Position numbers and translations under genes: made by a program. Of a stretch of 64,000 nucleotides of DNA, positions 29,301-38,396 are shown piece after piece. The stretch comes from Candidatus Hydrogenedentota bacterium (lineage in GTDB: Bacteria; Hydrogenedentota; Hydrogenedentia; Hydrogenedentales; SLHB01), in NCBI GenBank assembly GCA_045863295.1, contig BTWA01000004.1:160001-224000 (forward strand). The letters are read 5' to 3'. The notes under the pieces are model-generated. The model was not told where the DNA came from. It made no database searches and was given only the letters and a program-made list of their open reading frames with translations. The number at the start of each line of letters is the position of its first letter. Position 1 is the stretch's first letter.

Positions 29301-29933
29301 TCAATACGGCGCGAACCAGTCCAGCAGTTTGGTGATCCATCCCCGGCGTTGGTTGTTCCACAGGGGCCCTTTGCCTTTGAGATCGATCTTCGCGTTGGCC
29401 ACCTTTGTTGAATCGATGGTATTGGCGGCGGTCACATCCAACGCGCGAATGGTGCCGGTTAGAAACATGGTGGTGTCTTCGCTGTTCACAGTGACGCGTT
29501 TTTCGCCCTGGATATCGAGCGTGCCATTATCGTTGACCTTGGTCACGGTGCATGAAATGGTCGTGGTGAGCCGGTTTGTGCGAACTGTTTCACCAGTGGT
29601 TCGGTGCTCGTTGTCGGCCTCAATTTGCCAATTGGGCAACTTACCCTCGTCCAGAAGCCCCAGTCCATCGGGCTTTGGATTAATGAGAAATCCGTTGTCG
29701 CCTGCATCGGCTTCGTTGCTGACCTCGGCCTGCTTTCGCGTGTTGGTATCGGCAGAGGTTTCGGCATTAAGCGTTTCGCGCACGGTCACGACTATGAGGT
29801 CACCTTCCTCGTACTGCGGCCGCTTGTTGGATATGAGGTTTCCGCGTTCGGCGGACGTTTTGCTGAACAGCGAATCCCCGTACGCGGTCGCGCAACCGGC
29901 AACCAGCAGACATACGATCCAACGTGAATGCAT
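29301..29933 (-). CDS. flgH: Flagellar L-ring protein
   Basis: LVAGC lipobox, GDLIVVTVRE, NGTLDIQGEK, GWITKLLDWFAPY. Confidence 0.93.
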   Translation of the reverse strand: MHSRWIVCLLVAGCATAYGDSLFSKTSAERGNLISNKRPQYEEGDLIVVTVRETLNAETSADTNTRKQAEVSNEADAGDNGFLINPKPDGLGLLDEGKLPNWQIEADNEHRTTGETVRTNRLTTTISCTVTKVNDNGTLDIQGEKRVTVNSEDTTMFLTGTIRALDVTAANTIDSTKVANAKIDLKGKGPLWNNQRRGWITKLLDWFAPY

Positions 29934-29939
29934 GCGTCG

Positions 29940-30875
29940 TTACTCCACAAGAACCGAGCCGTCCGCTTGAACGACTCCGTAGAATTCGGCTTTGGTATCC
30001 GGATTGATCAGCGGAATCATGTCGCCGGCGTGGCCGTCGCCCATGGCGCGCGCGCGGCCGCGCACGGACAAACCGCGAACCCTCGTTTCCACATTGACCG
30101 CTTGATTCCGTTTAATCAGACGGCGCGGCATAATCTGGCGATTGGTCAGCACCGCGCCGGCCATGAGGGTCGATTTCGCCAGTTGGCCGACCGCCTCTTC
30201 TGGTTCGGTAAGCGTACCGGGCCGCAACTGCGATAGGGCGCGCTTTTCAATGGAGATGTCGGCCGCCGAAATCATGGACCCGCGCGCAACGTCGTTGATG
30301 ACGATGAGCACGTCTTCATAGGCTTCCACGCTTGCGCGGACCTGCACCGTCTGTTTGACGTCACCGTCGACGATCACGTCGCCGCGAAAGGCGGCCGGAC
30401 CGATCCAGCGGTAAAGCGGCCCCGCGGTCCATTGGACCTGCACGTCGCCCTCGGGTATCACAACAGCCTGTCTGGGGATATCGATCGTGATTTGCGCGTC
30501 GTCAATCTCCCACGGCATTTCCGATTCGATGTACCGTTGCAGGTCGGCCGTCAATGTCTCGGCGGAAAGTTCCTGCGCCAGTGTATGCGCGGTGATTTGC
30601 GGGGAACCGCTTATCGCCACGGTTCCTTCAAAGCCCGCGTTACGAATCCGCGACTCGACAAGGGATGCGCTGAATTTCTTGGCAACGCCCGGCAATGCAG
30701 CCTGCACAATGACGACCGACGACAAAGTCTCGGCATTGTCGCCTTCGATGTCGGCGATCTCTCCCAGCAGTACGGACGGCCCTTTGACATAGGCTTCCGG
30801 TTTGACTGTAACGGTGTCCGCCACGGCCAAGGCCGCGACGCACCATGTCAGCACGATGATCCGGAATCTTGTCAC
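29940..30875 (-). CDS. flgA: Flagellar P-ring assembly chaperone
   Basis: Signal peptide, SAF domain, LIKRNQAV..GRAMGDGHAGDMI. Confidence 0.88.
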   Translation of the reverse strand: MTRFRIIVLTWCVAALAVADTVTVKPEAYVKGPSVLLGEIADIEGDNAETLSSVVIVQAALPGVAKKFSASLVESRIRNAGFEGTVAISGSPQITAHTLAQELSAETLTADLQRYIESEMPWEIDDAQITIDIPRQAVVIPEGDVQVQWTAGPLYRWIGPAAFRGDVIVDGDVKQTVQVRASVEAYEDVLIVINDVARGSMISAADISIEKRALSQLRPGTLTEPEEAVGQLAKSTLMAGAVLTNRQIMPRRLIKRNQAVNVETRVRGLSVRGRARAMGDGHAGDMIPLINPDTKAEFYGVVQADGSVLVE

Positions 30876-30908
30876 GTCTGCCTCCTCCCTATCGGGTCAG
30901 GTCACCGC

Positions 30909-31700
30909 TTACCGGCGAATCTGATTGGCGGTTTGAAGCATCTCGTCCGAGGTGGTAATCACTCGTGAGTTGGCCTCGTAGGCGCGCTGTGCAATGATCA
31001 AGTTCAGGATTTCTTCCACCACCTGCACATTGGAGTTTTCAAGGAATCCCTGGTTCAAAAACCCAACGCCGTCCACACCGGGTTCGCCGGTCACGGGGGT
31101 ACCCGATGCCTCGGTCTCCAACAATAGATTCCTGCCGAGTTTCGCATTGAGCCCGGCAGGGTTGGGAAAGCGAACCAGTTGAAGCGTGCCGACTTCGGTG
31201 GCGCCGGTTTGACCGGGCACTTCCACCGATACCACGCCGTCATTACCAATGGTGATCGACGTATAGTCCGTGGGTACGGTGATGGTTGGGGAAAGGATGT
31301 AGCCGTCCACCGTCACCATCGTTCCGTTGGCGTTGATTTTGAAATTACCGTCCCGCGTGTACGCCGTGGTGCCGTCCGGCAGTTCCAACTGAAAGAATCC
31401 TTCGCCCTCGATGGCCAGATCGGTCGGAGTACCCGTGCTGATCATGTTGCCCGGCGTGAATATCTTCGCGACCGACCCGACACGCACGCCGTGGCCGACC
31501 TGGACGCCTTCGGGGGTAATTTCGCCGGCGGAGTTGGGCGATCCGGGTGCTTTCAGCGTTTCGTAAATAAGGTCTTTGAAATTGACACGGCTCTTCTTGA
31601 AGGCGGTCGTGTTCACGTTGGCCAGATTGTTGGCCACCGTGTCCACATTCAGTTGCTGCGCCACCATGCCGGTGGATGCCGTGAACAAAGCCCGAATCAT
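30909..31700 (-). CDS. flgG: Flagellar distal rod protein
   Basis: ANNLANVNT, FKDLIYE, YTRDGNF, QGFLENSNV, AQRAYEANS. Confidence 0.96.
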   Translation of the reverse strand: MIRALFTASTGMVAQQLNVDTVANNLANVNTTAFKKSRVNFKDLIYETLKAPGSPNSAGEITPEGVQVGHGVRVGSVAKIFTPGNMISTGTPTDLAIEGEGFFQLELPDGTTAYTRDGNFKINANGTMVTVDGYILSPTITVPTDYTSITIGNDGVVSVEVPGQTGATEVGTLQLVRFPNPAGLNAKLGRNLLLETEASGTPVTGEPGVDGVGFLNQGFLENSNVQVVEEILNLIIAQRAYEANSRVITTSDEMLQTANQIRR

Positions 31701-31717
31701 TCAGCCCCCTTTATGCC

Positions 31718-32464
31718 CTATTGTGGAAACCCAACCTGATCGATGACGCGCCCCATGGTCTCGTCCATGGCATTGATGACGCGCTGATTCGCGGCGTAGT
31801 GCCGAAGACCGAGCGTCATGTTGACCATCTCCATGGGGAGCTGCACGTTGGACTGTTCCACCATGCCCGACACCACGCTGCTTTGGGTGGCGGGCGCACT
31901 CTCACCTTCCACTTCTTGGGACGCTATGTAGAAGTCATCGCCCGCGCGCGTTAACCGGCGGGGATCCTCGAATTCCACAATGCTGAGTTGGCCGGCCACC
32001 GTCCCATCGACAATGACGTTGCCTTCATTGTCGATTTCGACCTTGCCTTCGCCCACGTCAATCCCACCCGACACTTTGAACCCTTCGGTCGTCACAAGCT
32101 GGCCATCCACGCCGACAGTGAACTGGCCGTTACGGGTGTAGCGGGGCCCCTCCGGCGTGTCGACGGCAAAAAAGCCGGGGCCTTCAATCGCCACATTCAG
32201 CGGATTGCCGGTGTCCTGAAGCGGACCGGGCTTCAGGTCGGTAAATGTGGACCAGGGTCGCAGGCCACCACCGGGGCCGGCCTCGCGGTTGAAGAAGAAG
32301 GGATCGCGCATGGCTTTGAAGAAAACCTGATCGAAGCCTTCCTGCACCATTTCTTGACGGCGAAAACCCGGGGTAGTCGCGTTAGCGATGTTATTCGCCA
32401 CGACGTCTTGGAGTCGTTCGATGCCCATCATGCCGGTTGCCGCGGCGTATAACCCCTGGATCAT
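31718..32464 (-). CDS. flgF: Flagellar proximal rod protein
   Basis: ANNIANATTPGF, TGNPLNVAIEG, YTRNGQF, VEQSNV; precedes flgG. Confidence 0.88.
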   Translation of the reverse strand: MIQGLYAAATGMMGIERLQDVVANNIANATTPGFRRQEMVQEGFDQVFFKAMRDPFFFNREAGPGGGLRPWSTFTDLKPGPLQDTGNPLNVAIEGPGFFAVDTPEGPRYTRNGQFTVGVDGQLVTTEGFKVSGGIDVGEGKVEIDNEGNVIVDGTVAGQLSIVEFEDPRRLTRAGDDFYIASQEVEGESAPATQSSVVSGMVEQSNVQLPMEMVNMTLGLRHYAANQRVINAMDETMGRVIDQVGFPQ

Positions 32465-32609
32465 CCCTTCTACCTCTATCCTAATCGCCTTTCGGCGTCA
32501 TTCACGGGGCCCGGCTGGGGCATTCAGATGCGGCGACGAGGGATGCCACACCGGAAAACCGGGCCAACCACTCACGAAGAACCTGTATGGGTCAGGTGAA
32601 TGGCTATAG

Positions 32610-32624
32610 GCAAACGCTGTGCCA
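32610..32624 (-). promoter_or_regulatory. Sigma54 -24/-12 promoter for the flgF operon
   Basis: TGGCAC-AGCGT-TTGC, perfect GG-N10-GC, about 145 nt upstream of flgF. Confidence 0.85.
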
Positions 32625-32790
32625 ACAGGGATTTACCGTAAAAAAGCCTTAAAAAGTGAGGATCCGGATGGCCTACGGGCTGGACGAGAGCAATGGCAAC
32701 GGCAAGAAATGCCCATCTGAGGCAGGAATTTTCTGCAACGCATTGTCGGAATCTACCGGATCAGTCCTTGAACCGTGCGGAAAGGGGTGG

Positions 32791-33104
32791 CGGAGGGAAC
32801 CGCCGCAGGGGTTCGGACTGCGGCGGCTCCCTCCGAAGGAAGGATGGCTCTACGAGCCATGGTGAAAACAGAAAGTAGACCTCGGACGCCGGTACCGGCT
32901 ATGCAGTGGTCAGCACCCAACTGGTCTCGTAAAAGATCATGCCAACCGCAATAAACAACGGACGGCGTATGCGGTAGTGGAGTCGGTGTCCCCGAAAGGC
33001 AAGAAGATACGTAGCCTTGAGTAACGAGTTGGTTTCGATTTTGCTCGCCAACATGTTCTTCCGGTCCTTATGTTTTGCCCCGAGCGGGCAGTTTTTAATT
33101 GACA
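32791..33104 (-). ncRNA. Candidate sigma54-dependent small RNA (or mRNA for a 51-aa peptide at 32899-33054)
   Basis: Begins about 12 nt after a sigma54 promoter; ends in an 18-bp hairpin that pairs fully (one G-U) only on the minus strand. Confidence 0.45.
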
Positions 33105-33115
33105 AGACAGGAAAA

Positions 33116-33130
33116 GCAACGAGCATGCCA
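33116..33130 (-). promoter_or_regulatory. Second sigma54 -24/-12 promoter
   Basis: TGGCAT-GCTCG-TTGC(T), GG-N10-GC, with AT-rich upstream region. Confidence 0.75.
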
Positions 33131-33334
33131 AATCTATTTATTGACGCTAACAAACTGAAATTAAAGCTCTTATGCATCCAAAGTACAACATCGCGACGCA
33201 AGTATTCTTGTTCAAATTTGTCAATAAATATCTTTACTGTTCAATTTTGTACGCCTCATTAAAAGGAATGAACTTGCCGTCGGCTCCGTTACAAGGCAGA
33301 ATGATGGACCGGCCTTTGGAATCGATCCCATCTT

Positions 33335-34795
33335 ATGAGTGAATCCGAACTGCTTGACGAGCGGACCGCTGCACCCACAGACCGCCGTGTGGAAACTATC
33401 CGCCGGTGGCTGCCGTGGGTGGTGGCGGCCGCGCTGTTCATGGAGCACCTGGATGCGACGATCGTCAATACGGCCGTGCCGACCATCGCCAGCAGTCTCG
33501 GCGTTTCGCCGCTCAGTCTGAAAGGGTTGCTGGCGAGCTATACGCTGAGTCTGGCTGTGTTCATTCCGATCAGCGGATGGATGGCCGACCGGTGGGGAAC
33601 ACGGCGTGTCTTTGCGGCGGCAATCGTCGTATTTCTGTTGGGATCAATTTGTTGCGGCATTTCCTCCAATGTTCCCGCCCTTATCTTGTCGCGCATTCTG
33701 CAGGGTATGGGCGGAGCGATGATGATGCCGGTGGGACGGCTCACGCTGGTTCGTACGTTTCCCCGTTCGGAAATGATCGTGGCCATGAACTACGTGATCA
33801 TACCTGCGTTGATCGGCCCGCTCATTGGACCCTCGCTTGGCGGGGCCATTGTTCACTGGCTGCACTGGCGCATCATTTTCCTAATCAACATCCCCATTGC
33901 GTTGATGGGCCTTTACCTTGTGCACCGGTTTATGCCGGATTACAGGAAGGAATCCCCTGCGCCGCTGGATTTTCGCGGGTTTCTGCTGTTCGGTTCGGGC
34001 ACGGCGCTCATCTCATACGTGATTGAGGTTTTTTGGGAGCATGTCCTCCCCTATTCGACGCTTGCCGTGCTTGCGCTGCTTTCGTTTGGCTTGGTGGGCG
34101 GATATTGGGCGCACTCTCGCCGCACACCGCATCCCATGTTTGACCTGGATGTGTTCCGGGTTCGGACGTTTCGCCTTGCGGTAATGGGTGGATTCATTAC
34201 GCGCCTCGGAATCGGCGGCATGCCGTTTCTCCTGCCGCTGCTGTACCAGGTGGGCTTGGGTTTCGCACCCTGGCAAGCCGGCCTTTTGACCGTGCCACAG
34301 GCAATCGCCGCGATGAGCATGAAGGCGTACAGCCGGTATGTGTTGCGCCGGTTTGGGCATCGATCCGTGCTGATGGCCAATACCGTATTGCTTGGAGGTA
34401 CCATCAGCTTGTTTGCGCTGGTGGACAGGGGCACCCCCATTCCAGCGCTGCTGTTGCTTAGTTTCGCGCAGGGCTTTGTTTCGTCGCTTCAATTTACGAG
34501 CATGAACTCGCTGGTGTTCGCGGACGTGAGCGATGCGGAAGCCAGTAACGCGAGCAGCATCTCAAGCACGGCGCAACAGCTCTCGCTGAGCTTCGGGGTC
34601 GCGTTCGCCTCGTTAATTGCGGAATTGTTCCTGGCCAATGTGAATCGTGAAATTGCGAATCAGGTGCTGCCGGCACTGCATCAGGCCCTGATGGTCATGG
34701 GCGTGTTGACGGCGGTGTCGTCGGTCAGTTTCTGGGGACTTCACACGCGCGACGGCAGCGCGGTAAGTCAGTATAAGCCCGCGGAGAAAAGTTGA
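33335..34795 (+). CDS. MFS transporter, DHA2 (14-TM EmrB/QacA-like) family
   Basis: FMEHLDATIVNTAVP, GWMADRWGTRR, RILQGMGGAMM, WRIIFLINIPI. Confidence 0.92.
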   Translation: MSESELLDERTAAPTDRRVETIRRWLPWVVAAALFMEHLDATIVNTAVPTIASSLGVSPLSLKGLLASYTLSLAVFIPISGWMADRWGTRRVFAAAIVVFLLGSICCGISSNVPALILSRILQGMGGAMMMPVGRLTLVRTFPRSEMIVAMNYVIIPALIGPLIGPSLGGAIVHWLHWRIIFLINIPIALMGLYLVHRFMPDYRKESPAPLDFRGFLLFGSGTALISYVIEVFWEHVLPYSTLAVLALLSFGLVGGYWAHSRRTPHPMFDLDVFRVRTFRLAVMGGFITRLGIGGMPFLLPLLYQVGLGFAPWQAGLLTVPQAIAAMSMKAYSRYVLRRFGHRSVLMANTVLLGGTISLFALVDRGTPIPALLLLSFAQGFVSSLQFTSMNSLVFADVSDAEASNASSISSTAQQLSLSFGVAFASLIAELFLANVNREIANQVLPALHQALMVMGVLTAVSSVSFWGLHTRDGSAVSQYKPAEKS

Positions 34796-34855
34796 GTTTG
34801 TCCTGTAACTGCGTGAGCTGGCGGTCGCGGCCGGAATCCACGTACACTATGGCCC

Positions 34856-35560
34856 ATGGCCCACAATACCCTGATTCTTTTGCCCGCATTCAATGAAGCC
34901 GCGACGCTGCCGCTTGTGCTGCAAGCGGTGAAGTCGGCCGCGCCGGACTGCGACATACTGGTGATTAACGACGGTTCCCGCGATCGCACGGCTGAGTGCG
35001 CGATCGAGGGAGGAGCCACGGTGTGCACTCACCGGTTCAACATGGGCTACGGTGTAGCGCTGCAGACCGGATACAAATACGCATTGAGGCACGGGTATCG
35101 ATTCGCCGTTCAGATGGATGCCGACGGCCAACACGAGGCGGAGGACATCGGCCGACTATTGGACCGCGTGCAGGGGGACTCGTGTGATCTCTGCATTGGA
35201 TCCCGCTTTTTGGAAGGCACGCCGTATGCCATTCCGTTTTCCCGAAAAGTGGGTATGTATTTCTTCCGGCGTATTGCATCTATCATCCTCGGCCAGACGA
35301 TTACCGATCCCACGAGCGGATTTCAGGCCATGAACCGGCACGTCATCGAGTTTTTTGCCCGCGACAGTTATCCCGTGGATTATCCGGACACGGATGTGCT
35401 GGTCATGTTGCACCGGCATGGTTTCCGCGTCAGCGAGGCGCCAGTCCGGATGCGCGCGGGAATCCCCGGCCATACGATGCACGGCGGAATGCGGCCGTTG
35501 TATTACCTTTTTCGCATGAGTCTGGATATTCCGATGAACCTTGTCCGGAAGGAGCGTTGA
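34856..35560 (+). CDS. Glycosyltransferase family 2 (polyprenol-phosphate sugar synthase-like)
   Basis: LPAFNEA, INDGSRD, NMGYG, MDADGQH, IGSRF, DPTSGF. Confidence 0.9.
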   Translation: MAHNTLILLPAFNEAATLPLVLQAVKSAAPDCDILVINDGSRDRTAECAIEGGATVCTHRFNMGYGVALQTGYKYALRHGYRFAVQMDADGQHEAEDIGRLLDRVQGDSCDLCIGSRFLEGTPYAIPFSRKVGMYFFRRIASIILGQTITDPTSGFQAMNRHVIEFFARDSYPVDYPDTDVLVMLHRHGFRVSEAPVRMRAGIPGHTMHGGMRPLYYLFRMSLDIPMNLVRKER

Positions 35561-35563
35561 CCC

Positions 35564-35905
35564 ATGGACCCTCGGCAGCGAATTCTGGCGGCGGTGTTTG
35601 GCATTTCGTTGCTCGCCGTCATTTTGGAGTTGGTGAGGCGCAGGCGGTTGAAAGTGGAGTATTCCATACTCTGGCTGGTCGCGGGTGCCGCCATTTTGGT
35701 CGTCGGTCTGAACTACTGGATGTTAGAGGCTATCACCGGGTTTATCGGCGCCGGGTGGACGTCGTCAACGTTGTTCTTTTTTGGCATTTTCTTCGTGCTC
35801 GCGCTCAGCCTGCAATTCAGCGTCAAGATCTCAACGCTGGAAACCCAGGTAAAAAATCTGGTTCAGGAACTTGCCATCAATGAAGCCCGCCCACCCAAAG
35901 GCTAG
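35564..35905 (+). CDS. DUF2304-family small membrane protein (GT2 partner)
   Basis: ELVRRRRLKVEYSILW, 3 TM segments, ISTLETQVKNLVQELAI; directly after a GT2. Confidence 0.85.
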   Translation: MDPRQRILAAVFGISLLAVILELVRRRRLKVEYSILWLVAGAAILVVGLNYWMLEAITGFIGAGWTSSTLFFFGIFFVLALSLQFSVKISTLETQVKNLVQELAINEARPPKG

Positions 35906-36168
35906 GTTCCATCAATTTCTGTATGGGCCAGACAATGAAATACCCGGTTTTTATCCGGTTGTAGTTGTGCGCTGGCCGAAATCAGCTTTATTCCGCTTCC
36001 AACGATATTAGCCCGGACACTTCACGACTTTGTCCAATAAACTGTGTAACAACAGTTCCACCGCACCATTGTAGAATGCAACGCAAGTACAGTGTGCGCG
36101 TGAAATATCCTCAGCGATTCTAGCTCAAACAATTCTGAGTGAGCATTTTGCACCACGGAGACTGTACT

Positions 36169-37893
36169 TCAGTCTTCGTGGTGCAAAATGCGGGTTAGGC
36201 GGCGTTCCATCTCTCGGAGCGGCATGAGATCGCCCTTGCGGTTGGCGGCTTCGATGCCTTTGCGATACGCCTGCGCGGCGTCTTCCGTCCTGTTCAAGAA
36301 CTCGAAACACTTGCCGAGGCTGAGATAGGCGGCGGAGTAGTCCTTCTGCACTTTGGCCGCATGCTGTAAATAGGGGATGGCATCGCCAGGCTGATCCAGT
36401 TGCATGTAGGCCATGCCAATGCCATACGTGGCAAGCGGATCGTCGGGGTCGATATCCAGCACTTCGCGAAACATGACGATTCGCTCCTGCGCTTCCACGC
36501 GAATTCGCTCGCGTTCCTCGCGCGCAAGATCCTCCGCGCGCGCCTGATGGCGCGCCATCCGCAACTGCAACACCGCGGCCTTGGCCTTTTCCTCTTCCGC
36601 TTCCTGAATCATTCCTTTGGCCACGTAAAACACCGACAGATTCGTGTGCGCCATGATGCAATCGGGGTTCAACGTCTCCAGCCGTTTCATCACGGATATG
36701 GCTTCGTCGACGCGATGATGCCGGTTTAGAATTACGCCCAGCGCTTCGTATGCATCCTCGAAGGTGGGATACAACAGCACGGCGTGCTGCAATAGGCGTA
36801 TGGCGGTATCGTCCTCATCTTCTGTGTCGGATTCAAAGCGGGCCAGTGCCTCATCGTAGAGTTGGCGCGCACGTTCCTGGCGGGATGCCGCCTCGTAAAA
36901 GGGCAACACCGTTACAAGTGCCGTGTGAGTTGCGTCGCCGTGTTCTCCTGAAAACGACCGGACTTGACCCGGCGCTCGAATATCGCGATCGAGGTAAGCG
37001 AGTGCAATGTGCCGCTGCAGCGTGGGCGACCACGCCGCGCTCTTCATGGTTCCCACCCGCGTACCTTCCATATAGAGCGCCGTATCCAGGGTGGGCAACG
37101 CGTCTTCTGAGACAAGACCCATCAACGCGAATTTGGGCGTGCTGTAGGTCCGCATCTTGGCCACCACCTCTTGTCCGAGGTAGCAGCCCTTGTCGTAGCT
37201 CACACACGTGCGTTCCAGTGTCGTTTCCGGAAGGCGGTTGGAAGAGTCCATATCAATTCCAAACCGCGGGATTCCCGCCTCAATGCGTAGAACATCGCGC
37301 GCCTCCGGGCAAATTGATGCGGCGCCATGGCTCATGAGCTTCTGATGCAGTTCACGGCCCTCACCGGCGGGAACCACCAGCACAAATCCATCTTCGCCCG
37401 TCTCGGAAATTTGAAACGCGAGAACGTGATGATCGAGCAACACGATGGGGCGGCATGTGTAGGGTTCGCGCGGCAATGATTCCGCCGAATCGAATCCCAT
37501 GATCCCGGCCAGCAGCGCTACGCCTTCCGGTCCCTGCAACGCAATTTGATCAAGGTCGTCGCCCGCGTTTTCAATACGGACGTCTTCCAGAAACAGGTGA
37601 GCATCCAATAGATTCAACAAATGATCGGCTTGACGGCGCTCGGTAATGAGCCAATACTCGTCTTCCCACCGGTGCAACGTGAAACTGGCTTGAAGAAAGG
37701 CCTTGCGATCCAGCAGCGCGTTGGCATGGCCTTCGCCGGACTTCAACTTGAGGACGTCGTTTGAAGTTTGCGTTTGAAGCCAGGAGGCCACGTCGCGGCC
37801 GTCAAACCGGACGAACGTCATGTCCTCTCTGAGCCAGACACCCACATGGTTTCTGACCGACTCGACATCCCGCAATACAATCTCGTTAGTCAT
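36169..37893 (-). CDS. YgfZ/CAF17(IBA57)-like Fe-S maturation protein fused to C-terminal TPR modules
   Basis: GcvT-like fold (G.D...WLQTQTSND, LQGP, GEDGF, RIEAGIP), YgfZ signature KGCYLGQEV; last ~240 aa are TPR-like. Confidence 0.85.
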   Translation of the reverse strand: MTNEIVLRDVESVRNHVGVWLREDMTFVRFDGRDVASWLQTQTSNDVLKLKSGEGHANALLDRKAFLQASFTLHRWEDEYWLITERRQADHLLNLLDAHLFLEDVRIENAGDDLDQIALQGPEGVALLAGIMGFDSAESLPREPYTCRPIVLLDHHVLAFQISETGEDGFVLVVPAGEGRELHQKLMSHGAASICPEARDVLRIEAGIPRFGIDMDSSNRLPETTLERTCVSYDKGCYLGQEVVAKMRTYSTPKFALMGLVSEDALPTLDTALYMEGTRVGTMKSAAWSPTLQRHIALAYLDRDIRAPGQVRSFSGEHGDATHTALVTVLPFYEAASRQERARQLYDEALARFESDTEDEDDTAIRLLQHAVLLYPTFEDAYEALGVILNRHHRVDEAISVMKRLETLNPDCIMAHTNLSVFYVAKGMIQEAEEEKAKAAVLQLRMARHQARAEDLAREERERIRVEAQERIVMFREVLDIDPDDPLATYGIGMAYMQLDQPGDAIPYLQHAAKVQKDYSAAYLSLGKCFEFLNRTEDAAQAYRKGIEAANRKGDLMPLREMERRLTRILHHED

Positions 37894-37918
37894 GGCGCTC
37901 ACTGGTGTGCCGCAGCCT

Positions 37919-37952
37919 CAAAAACAACACCCCCAGATTTCGTCTGGGGGTG
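37919..37952 (-). terminator. Intrinsic terminator after the A-type carrier gene
   Basis: CACCCCCAGA-CGAAA-TCTGGGGGTG then TTGTTTTT. Confidence 0.75.
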
Positions 37953-37975
37953 CCAAAACACGTATGCGTGGAACA

Positions 37976-38332
37976 TCAAACGCTGAAGGATTCGCCACAA
38001 CCGCATGTGCTGGATGCGTTGGGATTGCGAAAGACAAACCCCTTGCTGTTTAGTCCTTCCTTGTAGTCCAGTTCGATCCCTTTCAGATAGATGGAGGATT
38101 TGCGATCCATGAGGAACCGGACGCCTTCGATATCGACGATGTTGTCGCCCTCACGGGACTTGCCGAATTCAAGCACGTAGGACAGCCCAGAACAGCCGCC
38201 GCCTTTAACGCCAAGCCGGACGCCATCGCACTCCGCCGCTTCTTTTTCCAATAGGCGTCTCAGCTCGCGCAGCGCGCCTTCGGTGGCGGTGACGAGGGTG
38301 CGAGGAGATTCCGTGTGTGTGCCAGATGTCAT
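37976..38332 (-). CDS. A-type Fe-S carrier (HesB/IscA/SufA/ErpA family)
   Basis: VRLGVKGGGCSGLSY, NPNASSTCGCGESF. Confidence 0.95.
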   Translation of the reverse strand: MTSGTHTESPRTLVTATEGALRELRRLLEKEAAECDGVRLGVKGGGCSGLSYVLEFGKSREGDNIVDIEGVRFLMDRKSSIYLKGIELDYKEGLNSKGFVFRNPNASSTCGCGESFSV

Positions 38333-38396
38333 CGATACTACCCCATTGATCCCTATGGTGAACAAGGTTTCATTCTACAACTTTGCCAGCACTAAC

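Noticed and set aside
33030..33090. GGCAAA...GCAAA pattern resembling a c-di-GMP-I riboswitch upstream of flagellar genes
   Set aside because: No GNRA-capped P2 helix or recognisable P3 receptor could be formed by eye
36085..36169. 9-bp inverted repeat enclosing a tRNA-sized segment
   Set aside because: No T-loop (TTCRA), D-loop or cloverleaf; likely chance or a 3' UTR hairpin
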